From Balanoglossus misakiensis (lineage: Eukaryota > Animalia > Hemichordata): a stretch of DNA of 64,000 nucleotides. The position numbers and the translations under genes are program-made. Within the stretch, counting starts at the first letter, position 1. Each line of letters starts with the position of its first letter. The notes under the pieces were generated by a model that saw only the letters and a list, made by a program, of their open reading frames with translations, had not been told where the DNA came from and made no database searches. Below are positions 24,756 through 39,800 of the stretch, piece after piece. The stretch lies in the NCBI GenBank assembly GCA_040954595.2, contig CM082584.2, positions 7,707,919 to 7,771,918 on the forward strand. The letters are read 5' to 3'.

Positions 24756-27320
24756 CCAACTAGACCCTGGGCTCAATTCGTATCTGTTTCACAGAGTAAT
24801 GTTTGGAGAAGAAGAAAAAAACGTAGATCTCCCAAACATTGATCATCAAGGAGTTAAGTTGTGTTCTGGGTCGGGGGACGTGTGACCATTAATAGACAGC
24901 GACTGCTTTCAGGTAAAACGTGTTTCATCGGCAGAAGCTTTGTGCATCAGTCCAAACATAATTGAAAAAAATACACTTAGCTGTCCGTGGATTTTCATTA
25001 TCGAGCGGACTTAATGTACGTTATTGACACTATTGTGATACACGCGGATTGTGCTCATTCCACTGTGCGTAACAGGAGGCAACCACTACACACGGGGTTT
25101 CACACCTCAAGGTTGTACACATGTACACCAAAAACCGTTTATCCGACCGCGTGGCTTTGTCAGTCAATCATCTCACGTTCATTTTGAATAAGATGTTTTT
25201 GCGAGAGGAATTTGGCCAATCCCTTTTAATGAAATTTCGCCTTGCTTTATTTTAACTGCATGTAGTTGGTCCGGTCTTTCATAGTCGGTGAGTTCCACCA
25301 AACGCCGTCCTAAAGCTTACGCCTCCAACCCTTGACCTGCACAGACGCCAGCAATTGCCCCCGTACACTGACACTCTAAAATATTTCAAGGTTCCTTCCC
25401 AATTAAACTTCGTATGAATTGGAAATTGCTAGGCCGGGGAACAACGCAATTCATTCCCTCTTGGCTTTTATCGATTTAACCGCCGCATAAATATTTTGAT
25501 CGCTGTTTCCCCCAGCTGCTTTCATTGTTCACTGTAATTCCGAGCGAATATTTATACTGGGTTTCTTGATGTAACAAAACATAAAATAAACCTCGCAAGG
25601 ATGATGAATTGAAGTTTTATCGACACGTACGTCTACCTTGAAATTTCCGTCACTGCACGGTGACTTGTCAATTCAGATGGCACGTGGGCAGGACGGTATC
25701 TTTGTGATGCAAATTAGAACGAGACAATAGCGGACAACGAAAATACCTATTCTTAACCCGTCAAAAACACGCAGTGGACTTAGTAGAACCATGGACGTAA
25801 AAAGACCATGGTAGAACCAACAGTGATTGTGAGTTTTTCGAAAAGAATGAGTAACGCTACTCCATGTACCCAGACGAGCATCATTCTGTAAAGATCAAAC
25901 TCGTGCATAGAATAGACGAACAAAATCCCTCCAACTCACTTACGAGCAAAAAAGAAGTCAGTTCCAGGTTCGTGCTGAATTTGGTTTCTGTTAATTATTC
26001 AAATAATTATACCACATCAAGAATTTGACCAGGAGGCCTTCTTGGGGTCAAACTAGTTTTCTCTTAGTGCAAATATTATTTCATGTCGATGAAAGCTTGG
26101 TAATTTTCTGCCTTTTTTCAAAGTGTTTCTTTTGTACTCCTTACTGCAGATTCTAGGTCGAATCCCTTGTGGTAACGTCAAATTTATGTAAGACTACATC
26201 AAATTCACCTTGTGTCACTGGGAAATGTAAGCGTACGCTTACAAATCTGCATATGTATGAGGTTGCGCGATATTGGCATGGTGACGCGTGTACAAACTGT
26301 CAGAGTGCAGCTCGCCCTTGCCACGTTTCACCGCAATTTAAACCGACTCCGCAGATGCTAAGTGGGTTCGCGTAAGAAGTTGCAGTACGCATTTAAGCTC
26401 TCCACAATGCGGTCTCTCGGCGACGTCGAAGCAGAGTTAATTAAGGGAGAAACCACTAGATTTGACAATAGTAACGCCCGCAGCCCACCGCAGATTTAAG
26501 AGGAGATAAAAAAATCTGAAATTCAACGTTTCAACAATTCGGTTAGTGTTGGGTTACTCCACCAAATTAAAGGATTACCGCAGAATCGAATCGAAAGCTG
26601 AGCACATAAAACGTTCTTCCGTTATCACCGAGCGCTTGAATGCGATCGATGTCTTGATTCGTTCCATGAAAGCTCTGTCAGTCTGAACACTGACGGGGAT
26701 ATTGTATGGTGTCGCTCGATGACCCACTTCTGCGACGATATAGCTATCAGTGAAAGACCATGAAAAAGAGTCTTGTTCACTTGTAGCATAAACAAACAGC
26801 AGTAATTAACCAATCACAAAAGCCCAAAGATTAACTCAACCAAATTGTGACAGAAAAAAATGGTTACCGTAGTAAAAAGAAAATTTGCGTTTTTCCAAAT
26901 TTAAGACACAGGTCACAATGATTTTGCTCGTAGTAAAGATTACTGGCGTTTACCTGGGTTGGACTCACCCAAGTTACAAAGATGTCAATAAGTGATTAAG
27001 TCATAATGTAAGCGAACGACAATTTTTCCTTCAATGAAATTCTCATACACCATTTTCAGAGTTAATGAAGCAAAGTGACCCATTTTTAAAGTTCAGGCGG
27101 TGGTTGCGTGCACTTTAGCGAAGTAAAATGCTGACATTGGGGGCGCTACTGCAGTCTGAGAATAACAGTCACATCCTTGTCAAGATGTGGTTTATTTGTC
27201 CATTATTGCGTTACTCCTTTCGAAATTACTGGCGGTATACCTGAATTCATAATGTGGAAATTTCCTTCGCGTAAAATGTGCCTCTCGTACAGGACACGTG
27301 GATGAATCAAAAAGTCAGTA

Positions 27321-27363
27321 CAAAACAAAACCTGTATAAAAATCATTTGCATTTTTATTTATT
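27321..27363 (-). terminator. Probable USP24 polyadenylation site
   Basis: Overlapping AATAAA on the minus strand (27354-27363) followed about 25 nt later by a U/GU-rich tract (TTTTGTTTTG at 27321-27330). It coincides with the switch from CpG-poor to CpG-rich sequence. Another AATAAA lies at 28955-28960. Confidence 0.5.
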
Positions 27364-30085
27364 GCTCAAGGGGACTCAGTGGAGAAAAGAAAACCAGAAC
27401 ACATCAACTCTTACCACACTGTATACCTTAAATACACACATATGAATCACCACAGATAAAACAAAAGAAAACAAGAAAAAATAAAATTTCAAAAATCGAT
27501 TTCACAGAATTATGATTTTCATCCTGATAAAATTGATTAGATGGTCTTAAAACTACAAGTATACATAAAAATATTTTCTCAGTGTTCTGTGGACTTTTTT
27601 CAGGACTCACCACGACACAACCCAAAAGAGCCCCACAATGCTGTGTGTTGACTGTTATATTTTTGTAGAAATCTGCAGATATTTGGAGTCCTGCAGTTTA
27701 TCATTCCTGCTTGAACCCCAGGTGCAGATCGGACTAGACGTAAATCACATGACATCTTATGGTTTTCTGTTGGCTATGTACAAGGCATACCGATTTCTAA
27801 AGCTTTTTTTTATTTCTAGCGGGAAAATGTACGACTGCACTAATACTCAAAGTTGCATCAAAGCAATAACCATCCACGACAAATTCTACTCGTCTGTTTT
27901 CATTGCCAAATAAAATGTAGAAAAAAGAGGACCACATGAATGCAGAGACCTACACAAACACCAGCTTTGCGCCAAGGTGCACCAACTGAAAACACAGTGT
28001 TCCCCCACCCAAAAAAAACCCAACAACAAAACAATCGTTCTGTTCAATCTTATACTATCCTACTGTAAATGATCAAATTTGCATGATTCTTTAACATTTT
28101 TTTATGATTCCAATATTTCGAAAGCCATGAAAGTGGCCACTGTAAAGTGACAATTTTGATGTTTTATATGCCAGACTGATACATCTTACAGTTGGTGTGT
28201 GGGACACAAGGTTACGATACGCCCACAGTCACTCCACTGTGCTTACACCAACGGAAAAAATGATAAAAACGCCCACACGAGTCTTGCGAATAACATGAAC
28301 CTGAAAATGACACACCACTTGTGGATGTGACTTGATTTTCCGATATCACATGCATGATATCACATGCAAGGGCCTGCAGGAAAGTTGTCTATACACTTTG
28401 ATGTACATGTAGATACATGTAGCACTTTTCTGTTGCTCGTAAAATCAAACCATTTCCGTATTAAAAAGTAAAGCTCGAGTTCTAGGATTAAAAACAAGAA
28501 AACAATTTTGTTGGCAGTGGGCTAAGCGCGGCACGCGTTGATGAGTTTGGAAAAAAAATGTCAAGAAAAAGACAAGACGTGAATCTATATACTGCTAGCA
28601 AACTCCCTAACATAACATTGGCACCAGTCCTGGGAACTTAGCCTGCACTTATCAGCTTGTACAAATGACATGCAAAGGGGTATGCCAGAAGTATGCCTAA
28701 AAAGTGTTGGCACAATGCTGGCATTTTGCCATGTTTTCCAGCATCTGTACTGTAGCCTGTTGCCACACTACATTGTGCTAAAGTTTTCTACATCTGTACT
28801 GTAGTTTTTTTTAAATAATCAGATAAGATAATTTACAAATTACACATCAATTAATTGTGAGATCCTTACTAAACAAATAAAAGGGGGAAAATCATAGGAT
28901 TTTTGGCTCCTTTCCTTTGCAAAATTCACATTTCAAACCATGTCATCCCTGTTATTTATTTACAATTCAAGACAGAATGAAGTGAGCGTAAGATTTTTCA
29001 CTGCAGTTTTTTTATACTGAAAATTTAACCAAAAACCTGTATTTGTTGTGCATTCTATCAAAAACGTACCCAAAAATGATCGAGAGTCAGAAAAATATCC
29101 CTTTGTTGAAAAAATCTTTCGTGTTCAGAGAATGTGAGAGAAAAAGAGTAAAGTTCACTATTTTACAGTCTGTGCTCACAATGAAATATGTACATATCTT
29201 TGTCTATTTTGAAAAGTTTGCAGTGTGTGCCCACTGGTACGGGGTTGACACGAGATTCATGCTATCAGTGTAAAACGTAGAATGGTCCAGTTACTCTTAC
29301 AGGATGACCATCACTCACACAACAGAGCAGACCCATCTCGTTGGTCGGTCTACCTGTGGAGTTTGAAGTTACAGCACTGCCTGTACATGTATACACATGC
29401 GTGTATAACCCAGCTATGTCATCATAGAACATCTTACTAGATCATCACTCTAATACATCATCTAATGTCTGTTATACACACACACACACACGCAGAACAC
29501 AAATCGTCAAAAATTATTCTCAGCAGTTGCAGCTCTCGTGCCTTTGGAAAATATGCTTCAATAGTTTACCCTTTCATAGTTATCAAGCTGATCTGTGTCT
29601 GTGGCCAGTTATTGGGTGCAATTGATCACATGATTAAAGCACTCTTTGTCATGCAAATTTCTTATCCTTGCGCAGCTTGCTGTTTGGCAAAACGAAAAAT
29701 GTCCGTCATCGGTCACATGATCAACAGCTTTGTCATGCAAATTAGTCCCGTTTTATGATTTTACGTATGAAAAGGGAAATGTCGTCTGTCAATCATTTCA
29801 TGTACAAATTTTATCATGATTTAATATTATATCAAATCAGCTGCTCTGTTGTATTTAAAAGAAAACACTTCTCAAGTCCAATCGAGTAGCTTCACTATTT
29901 TCTCTCCTTTAAAACAGAAGAAATTAATCCGTGGTTCGTCTTCTGGTTTATATCTAAAATGAGACGGTATCAAATCTACAAACTTCATGACTGTAAAACT
30001 ATTGTTTCTAAACGAAAAACTGTCACGTAATCATTTGGTTTTCTTGTTTCAAATTATCCAGCAGAGATTCTGGCTCTTGTTGATT

Positions 30086-30180
30086 TTACACCCCTTTCAC
30101 CACCATGGTTTGGTCCGAATTCATTGTTTCCTATAGTCAAGTTGGACCTCTACAGTGAGAAGCTAGGGGTGAAGAGTTAA
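30086..30180. mobile_element. Family B MITE copy in the USP24 3' UTR
   Basis: CCCTTTCACCACCATGGTTTGGTCC...AAGTTGGACCTCTACAG...GGGGTGAAGAGTTAA. Confidence 0.7.
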
Positions 30181-30541
30181 AGAAGATGCGTATAAAAAAA
30201 GAGGACTTTTCTTCTGTAATCTTCTTTTGGGGGCTCACCATTCTGTAATTATATTACACCAATGATACAACGTACTATTCACTTCTGAAGGCAATGAATT
30301 GATATAATTTACAACTTGGTTTTTGAATGTTCTCATTGCCACTAACATCGTCTGTCGGTATGCAAATTACGAGCCAGCACTGTCCAACCAGCTTTCATGA
30401 TACATCCACCACGGTTGACGGTGCATAACTTGAACATATACAAGGGAGTTTCTGATTTGCAAAGGAGTCCACCAATCAGTGCTGTGCATGTAGACCCACA
30501 CCCCCAATCGCACAACGACTGGCATTCGAATTATCCATGCA

Positions 30542-30862
30542 TCACGTGTCGATGTCCTCCAGGTCGCCGACACTATCGTTGTTTGTCTCGTTCTGACCCT
30601 CGGTGTCGACGTCATAATCGATCTGCGTGTCTTCCGGTCCGTTTTCCTCCATGGTGGAGTCCGGCATGCCCCCGGCACCACCACCGGCAGCAGCAGCCGC
30701 CTCTGCCGCTGCGGCAGCCGCGTTCTCCTGCGACTCGAGTTGCGTCAGAAGCGCCGTGGCCTCTGCCAGCGTGTCCTGCGCGCTGACCGTCCTCTGGAAG
30801 GCTTTGCTGGAGGACGACTCGTTGGAGACCGAGGAGTGGGGACTCCAGTAGTACTCCGACAT
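30542..30862 (-). CDS. USP24: USP24 exon 51 (terminal coding exon)
   Basis: MSEYYWSP...SNE...[18 protein letters not shown]...stop TGA. Confidence 0.92.
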   Translation of the reverse strand: MSEYYWSPHSSVSNESSSSKAFQRTVSAQDTLAEATALLTQLESQENAAAAAAEAAAAAGGGAGGMPDSTMEENGPEDTQIDYDVDTEGQNETNNDSVGDLEDIDT

Positions 30863-33800
30863 CTGGGTAGTGAGAGGGGAGAAGCAAATGTGGATTTACA
30901 AGGCGTTTCAACGTCTATTGCTCACAACAAACATCTGCCTCATTTGCTTGCGCTGAGGCATCTCCACTGCCAGTAGTGTTATGATTGCGCTCTCTCAGTA
31001 TCTACCCCTGCGATAACACATCACACCCACGTTCCCGAAACCACACTTATCCATCTCTGAAAAAACTCAGAATGCTCCGAACTCATTCTGGTATTTTAAC
31101 AGCATTTTCTGTGTACAAATGTCTCCTTCCACACACATGTATAGGGGGAAAAACACCCATCCGCCACACCAAGTAAGGAGACTACCACATAGAAAGGATG
31201 AAGGCACCACCAGCAAATCCTACCTTCTTCTTCAGCCAGTTGACCGCCCATTGCCACCTGGGCGACGCGTCCATCAGATACTCCTTGGCTACCACACACC
31301 TATTGGCCAGGTTGACCAGGAACTTGATGCACTGGTACGCCCTCCTGCCATCGTTCACATTGCTGGATCTTATGATGGCTGTCAAGGCAACAAATGGTAA
31401 GAGCTCAGTAAGACTCAGCGCTTTTGAAATGCACTGAAAAAGTTTCTATTTCAAGGGATACCACGTGTGGTAAAAAAATGGCCACCCAGTAGCCATATTG
31501 GATCGCACTGCAAAATAAACTGATTTGCATATGTATGCCCTATTGTATTATCTTCATACATAGTTTGAAGCAAATAAGAAATGGCTTGTTGGCAGACGTG
31601 CACACAGACATATGAACAGAGCCCAAACTATACGTCCCCCGGACTTTGCCTGCAGGGACCTTTTAATGTTTCCTGGCTATATCTAGGTTTAGTGACATAC
31701 ATTGTTATAAAACAACATCATTATCTGTCTCCTAGGGTCTACTTAGCCCAGGAAGAAAAAAACAACGAACGGCTGAATATATATATCGGATGTCACATCA
31801 CTTAGCATTCGTCCCAATAGAAACCAAAAATTAATGATCTTCCCTGTTGAGAGAATCCTTTCCACGTCATGGAGAATAATTGGTACAGTTATAAAACCGT
31901 TTGACCTACAATAAATGACGGCCCACTTGGTATCAAAGTAGAGCTTTGTGAACATCAGCACGCTTGTTGAAATTTGAAAACCCTGACTTACAGAGAAGGC
32001 CGTCGTTGTTGGTGCCGTCGATCGTCCACTTCAGCCTGGTCAACTGCAGCGGGTCGTCCAGCAGCAGCAACTCCAGCAGCAAACCCAGGACGCTCTTCAG
32101 TTCGTTGGCCGGAACCACGCTGACCTGGGACTGAAAACGGAATTTGCGGAGAAGGGACCTTGCATTAGCATATGCAGCCTTGGAACAACATACATACATG
32201 TACATACATACAAAGTGAAGTACAAGAATGCAAAAATTTATTGTTGCGTAACAGTTGCTGATTTTTGATATCACTAAATTTTCCTGGTTTACAGAACATG
32301 TATATTATACATATACCAAATGGGACCTAACAAGATATATAACAGGCAACCTCACTGTTGCTAAAAGATGCCTATAGTTCAGCCTGTACTATCATATGTA
32401 ACCATCAAAACGCTCGATCTTGACATTTTCAAAGTGTGTCTTATTTACCTAGGGAAAAGAAGTTGTGTAAATCTCAGTTGATGTGTGAATCTCAGTGGAA
32501 GCACACTTTCTTTTTCTATCCGAATAAAAACCTATTTTTGTCATTATGGCTACTTGAAATTCCCAAGGGCAAATACACAAGATGAAATCACTAGACACTG
32601 TACATGTATATACTGAGCGTATCAACTTTTAAAAAATGAGGACAACATCATTTACACAATGCAATTACCACGCAGAGCTTGGCAGCCATTTTGAATTTCA
32701 AATTTCATACAATGTTGGTCGCATTCAAAATTTTGCAAGGTGAACCGTCAGAATAATCAAAATTTGCCATGAGCAAGATACGATATAAAGTCTAAGATTT
32801 CGAGTTTCAAGGCAAATATTACCTTAAAAAAAATCAATGCAAAGATCTCTCACCTTGATCATCATAAGTACCACAATAGAGAAGCTTTCATTGCAGAATG
32901 AGCAATACAACAGGACATCTTCTATTGCCGTTGATTGACTGGGAACTTCTCGACAAGCTAGAACAGCCTGGGAAATACAGAGATGACACATGAAACCATT
33001 GTCTGCTATCATACTGGCAACTGCACAGACGGACTAAGCCTTATTGTAGCAGCTTTATCTTTGTATGCTATTCAACTAATTTTCTGGCACAAGACTTTTA
33101 CATGATAATGTTTTTTTTTTATTTAAGGGATTGTTATGTACAGATGTTGGATTATCTAATTTATTTTGCTCCATGCTTACCTCCCTGACGTATCTCATGG
33201 AATCCTGTTGGAACAGTCGTACTTTGACCTCTGTTGGCAACGCTATCAAGGCCTGCGGTTGTCTAATGCTGCGTGGACTCCTGACTGTGCTTTGGCCTGC
33301 ATCTGTGGTTAAAAGACACATTGTGGGTGTGAGTGTGTACATGTGTTTCTTTACTTGTGTGTGTGTGTGTGTGTGTGTGTATTTGTTCTTACCTGTAGTT
33401 CTTTGGGACGAGATATCGCAGTGTAATACTAATATTGCTAGGGTAGAGTGCAAGAGACCAAAATCCCGGCTCTGTAACGAAGTCCACCTCCGTCGCATCA
33501 TGTCCTGCAGCAAAAAAATAATACAACAATGTGATGAGTTGACGTTCTGGTTTCTATGGTAAGGTTGGACCTCTGCCTTGAAATTCTGCTGACTGTATTA
33601 GACTTTTATGACTCAATAAGGCAGCAAAGACCTTTACAATTTTAGGTTGCAAGACTATCTGTAATTGACTCATCCATACTTACATCTCGTGACACATCCC
33701 TCCTTGTCAGAACAGGCATTGGTCCGAGCAGAAACATCAACAGTCGTTGGAACGTATTCCTTGCAAACAAATGCTGACAAGCCTTTAAACCCTGTAATAG

Positions 33801-36800
33801 ATACAATCAAACAGTCTACTTGACAGAAATTCTCAGTTTGTGTTTGTAAACAGATATCAACACGTAAAAAATATATTGTATACCTATCTACATGCAACCA
33901 GCATACACACACATACATACACATACATAGCATGTATAATGTACAAATGTACATACAGTCAAACCTGTGTTAGTGACCACCTCTATATAGTGACCACCTC
34001 TATATAGTGGCCACTTAGTTACAGTCCCTGTACAATTTACATGTGTATAAATTAACCTGTCTATAAAGACCACCTGTCTATAAAGGCCAGTTTGGTAAAG
34101 TCCCTTGACTGGTCACTATAGACAGGTTTGACTGTACATACATACATACATACATACATACATACATACATACATACATACATACATACATACATACATA
34201 CATACATACATACATACATACATACATACATACATCACACCTAGATGCATACATGTACATTTATAATATACATGTAAATACTTAATGCAAAGAACCATGC
34301 AATCATAGATATTTCACACTGTAATGGAAATCATGCATGGAAACCATTACTTCAACACACACACACCCCCCCCCCCCCCCCCCCATCCCCTACAAAATAA
34401 ACCTCTTCAGTTTAACGGCATTCAACAATAACTCCCCACTGTCCTAGGCGCTTGCCACACTTTCCGTCAAACTTACCATGTGCACATAGGTATCCAGCAA
34501 CCAGAAGTACTGGGCGCATGTCTTGCAGTTGTCCGGCACGTCCTTCTCCAGCATGGCCACCAGAAATTCCACCAATTCATCGAAGGACTTCACCTGAGAG
34601 TTGCCACCGTGGCCGTGGAACGATCGCAGGGTGCTTTCCAGTATCCGGCTGAAGGCGTCCCTGACTTCTTTGGTCGGACATTCTAAGAGGAATGGTCTGT
34701 CAAGGAAAAACACAGTTATTCTACATTATTCCAGTGTTAACAATTATCACTGTATACACACTGACAGTTGTAACCTCCTTGTATACAAATGTGTGTACTT
34801 TTATTAGAGTGCGAATACAGATTGACATGTTCGTGTATGTGTGCACCTACACACTGAGTGACTGTCTGTCATCTTTTCTGCCTGGATATCTAATCACCAA
34901 CATTCACCAGATAACTTACTTGATATATGAACTGCCCTGCTTGCTTGCAAAGTGGTCGACCAACCAGAAACAGGCTTTCTTACTCTGCATGATGATGGTT
35001 TCTATAGTACTGCACCATTCGCTGATTTCCAACCTGATGACACAAGAGTAATTGTGACTAGACATAATAAGGATGTAGTGAAGTATGTTTTATTCATCCA
35101 CATACAAGTATATGGGCAAATAAGAAGCATTTCTAATGAAGGGGAAAAAATACTCAATAGTTACCTGAGTTTCTTCTTAGTCCTGAAGTATGTGTTAAAC
35201 AAAAACTGTACAGATATTTTGAGACTAGTGACCGCCATCTCATCAAACTTCGGCAGGTGTTTATTCCTCTGAAAAAAATACGCACACATTGAGTTATTCA
35301 TTTTGGGGAGATTTTTACTCTCATATCCTACAAACGAGATGGAAGTTGTGTGTGGTCGAATGTTGATTCACCATATATCCACATGTAGAATAACATAAAC
35401 AGTGCCTTGTATCAAACATAATTAAAAGAAAAAGGGCAGCGAGAGAGAGACTTACCGAATTACAAAAGACCAGCTGCCTGACAAACTTGAAATATTCCAC
35501 GTTGTGCACGCCTTTGTTTTTGATGAACCGGAGATTCTCATCCCGGATTTCCTGCTGGATGCTGGCCGGCATCTGATCCAGGAATATGCCCCTCTTTTCT
35601 CCCTTCCTGACCAGGGCTGTCAGCATGGAAAGGCCGTCGGAATCGTGGCGGGGCGACGACTCCGGTGAACTCAGCTCGGATACACTGGAATGGAGAGGAA
35701 AGTGTCAATTTCAGACTCAGGGAAGTTATGTGAAATTTATTTGTCTTTTGTGTGTGCCTGCTTTGGGGATTTTTGCAACACACATTATGACTAAAATCTG
35801 AGAGAACATCACTCACACTTGCAACAAATATTCAGAAATTAGATTTCTTTCAATCCAACAAAAACACCAGATATTTCTTGGCAGTGAGAAAAAAATAATA
35901 AAACAAGTAGATGTGATTGCCCACTATTACATTGCTGGGCACAGGAGCAAACGTAAAGTTAAAATGTATTTCATAACCGCAATGTGAACATAACCTATCT
36001 AGTACAAATGACACTATAGGGTATTAGTATTCTCTATGGAGAACACTGACCCACATTACATTACATCAAAACTCTTCTTTCCTCTCAATTTCCCCCCCCC
36101 CCCACAACTTTGGTCAGAAACATGACCTGTAATGTCACTCACACTTGTATGTCGCCCTCGCTGTCGTGTTTGAGCAAGGCTGCCCTGGTGGCTCTAGGGG
36201 GCGGTTTCCTTAGCGACAGCTCCGGCGTCCTGGTGCCTTCCGTCTTCTCATAGAAGAGCATGTAGCCGTTCCAGTAGCGTTGCCTGGTCTCCGGGTACGA
36301 TGTTGCTGCGAACAGACGACGAAATAATCGTATAATAATAATAATAGTGAGTTGTTATAAGTTACATAGTGCACATACTGTAAAACACTTTATTTTCGCG
36401 AGTCGAAATTTTCGCGATATCGAGAGAGGCCACTGTTTCGCGAGTATTAATTTTCGCGTTCTCTTATTTCATTCAGTGCATTCGTTATCTTAAAAAAAAT
36501 TACGCGACTTTTTATTTTCACGCTATTTTGGCTCTCGCGTATTTCACGAAAATTTATTGCTCGCGGAAATAAAGTGTTTTACAGTATCCACAAATTGCAC
36601 TCAAAGCCCTTTACAATTATAAACAGCAGTGTTTCATCTAAAACGGGGGATGAAGAGATTCCCCCCCCCCCCCACTGTTGACACCCCCTAGCAATTTGTC
36701 GGTCACTTACACTGGTCGTACACCTTGGCCCTGTACGTGCCGCCAAAGCACTCAGCTTCCACCGAGCCGTCATTCATGTCGAATTCTTCCACGATGGTGT

Positions 36801-39800
36801 CGTTGAACTTGAACCATTTGCCCTTGGTCGGGTTCATTATCGACGTGCCCCTGGAAACGAAAAGGTTGTACAATAGTCAATAACAACACAGTAGGTGCTG
36901 ACCTGGTACTTGTTCACTTGATTTCCTGGTTTCACCCATTCAGTGAGCAATTTAGATTGAACTCTTACAGTCATCAGAAAGTAAATGGTGTTTCTATGTC
37001 CAAGTGTATACTGGGATAAGCACCAGTACACTCACCTCCTGTCTTTGATAAATGAATAGTAATGCCCAGCGTTGGCCTGTCCACTATGCACCACGACGCC
37101 CACCAGCTGGTAGAGATCGTCGTAACTCGAACTGCGGAAACTTTTGTTGCACTTTTCTTCCATCTCGTTGTTGTTGTCCGAATTCTCCGCGTCCCTCCGT
37201 GCCACGCCCTCCACTGTGTACGGTTCCATGTCTAATAACCATGGAAACTGTCAGAGAGAAATGATGTGAAAGTGTGATTAGGGATGTGTCTGTCACTGTG
37301 CAGAATACCGAGAAATGATGATGATGGTGGTTGTTGGTGGTAGTGTTAGCAGTAGTAGTGGTGATGATAGTGACGCTACTCATGTAAAATCACCATACTG
37401 ATTTAAATGCAAAGGTTCAGTGAATTCTCCAGTCTTGTGGGGCTTACCTGAAAGTAATCATCGAATTTCAGCGCCCTGTTGGCCTCCCAGTCGTAGCCAA
37501 ATCTCTTGAGTTGAATCACTAGTACTGGTGGTAATGTTTTGATGCACAGTCGTTTGATGGTGTTACGCTGTCAGGAAAGATTACAAAAAAAAAGTAATTT
37601 CACACATTATAAGGCTGCACACACCAACAAATCAATGCATTGACTTTCTCTCATTCTTTGCTCACACATATTCTTTCAAACCAAAGAAAATGGCGGGCTC
37701 AGGGTAGGTTACCTAAAACCCTCTTGGATACCAAATTCAAAATGGCTGCCGTCATTCCCAGTGTTTACAACTGACTGGGAAAATTTGAATTTTAACGTTG
37801 TCTTGAAAACAAATCGTGATCTTCTTGATTTCTCTTCTTTGATAATGATTTCTACCAGGCTTGAATACACACGTCAAACAATGAAAAGATCTTAAGAATT
37901 CAATGCATAGGGCAATCAATTTTCTCTGCGAATTTTAACCATGCAGAATAATGCAGTGCAACAAACTGCCTACCTTCTCTCCACACTTCTCACAGAAGTA
38001 CGCGTTATCTCCTTCAAGTATTTCTCCTCTGACAAACTGCTCCAGGGAACTCTCAAGGTTATGACTCTTGACTGTCAAGTTCAGGGCAAAGAATGCCTCT
38101 TCTCTCTCGTACCTAACAAACAAACATTGAGACTGTGTTATATGTGAAACAAAGAATGAAATAAATATTTTCTTATTATTTATCTTAAAACTTCCATCCA
38201 CTTGGTGACCAAATAGTCAAAAATTTGCACTTTGATACATTTTTCAACGCTATGAGAAGTTTAGAATATAACAAACGTTAGGATGACATTTACCTGTGAG
38301 GGCAGTCTTTACAAATCTTTTGGTCAGAAAATATTCCTTGAAACTTGGGTTTAAAAAGTTCTTTATGGTTTTGTTTCTGAAATAAGAAAAGAAAAGTGTC
38401 AATACACAAATATCTTAGCTGTCACATTCTACAATTGGAGGCTGGTTGATACATGTTCTGATTTTTCTGCCAGAACGAATTTGCCTTGGCACAAACTGGG
38501 AAATTTCTCCACTGTCATGAAGTTGGTCTCGGTGTTATCACAGTGCCCCTACCTTTAAGTACTCATCCAGTTGATCCGTCAAATCAGTGAAGAACTCAAA
38601 CGCGTCCTGTTGCTCCCGGACGTTCACGGGCTGACCCCACAGCTTGAAGCACTGCCAAAATTTTTCCGGGACGTGGTACTGCAGCTTGCTCTCTCGTAAA
38701 TGAGCGAACACCCTCTGCATTTGATAGAACACGCTCTCTTCCGGGTTATCAGGGACGGCACAGCTCAACAACTCCTGTGATTTGTGGTTAAAAAATAATA
38801 ATATGTGTATTTATTTATTTATTCATTCATTCCAGAAACATGATGATTCCTTTCATCTATCAATGAAATTATATCAATCAGACATCACGACCAATCACGC
38901 TAATGCACACTAATCATGTGGTTGGATCTCGACCAATCAGTGATGTACAAATAGATCATACAACTATTCTTTTTCTCAACCATGTGTAACACAAACCTGT
39001 ATTACCAAACTTGCCGAAAACAACATTCAAGGCATCAAGAACAGTCTGTGTAGGCTCACAACCGAGCCAAGACTCCAGATTCAAGTCTGGAGACTCACAG
39101 AATAAAAAACAACCTCACCTCTGCAAGTCCCGGCGTCATAAATAACTGCTGTATGACAGAATTCATGTAACACGTGGCACCTGCGTTCCGGAGACCCACA
39201 AACTGATGGAAAGGTCTTCCCGCCACCGGTGGCAAATGCTGTCAAACGAAAAATAGTGTTCCATTTTGCATTAAATCGGCCATCTTGAAATTCTGTTGAC
39301 CACATGAGATTTTTATCACTCACTTAGGTAGCAAAAACCTATTGAAGGCAGTGTGAATTGCAAAAAGCTCATAACTGTAACACATTTAACCTACCTCCCA
39401 TTCTTTAGCAGAGGAAGGATCGGACTGATGGTGCATAGTTAGAAGCTGATTAGAAATATCTTGTAAGTTTTCTAGACACCCATCTGCTAGCGAAACTAAA
39501 ATTTCAAATGCTGCAATCCGTGACTCTACTGTGGAACATCTGAAAGAGAAATAAAATTGTTTTTAAATTTGTGAAAACTTTGTAATTCAATATTTTAGAT
39601 GTCAAAATGTTACTAGAGTGGTGATGAGACGTGTTTTCTTTTTTTCATTTCTACTATAGCGGACTGAACTCACTTTGGTACAAAATCCAGCGTTGAAGTT
39701 GATTTTTCATTCCCCGAGCCAACAAGGATAAGTTTGGAAGCTGGAAACAGGAACTCATTCAAAATATTGCTCAGAAGTGGTTTACCTAAAAAAAAAGATA

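Noticed and set aside
1-27300. miRNA, tRNA or rRNA genes
   Set aside because: I recognised no conserved mature miRNA or tRNA pattern by eye; a covariance-model scan would be needed to exclude them.
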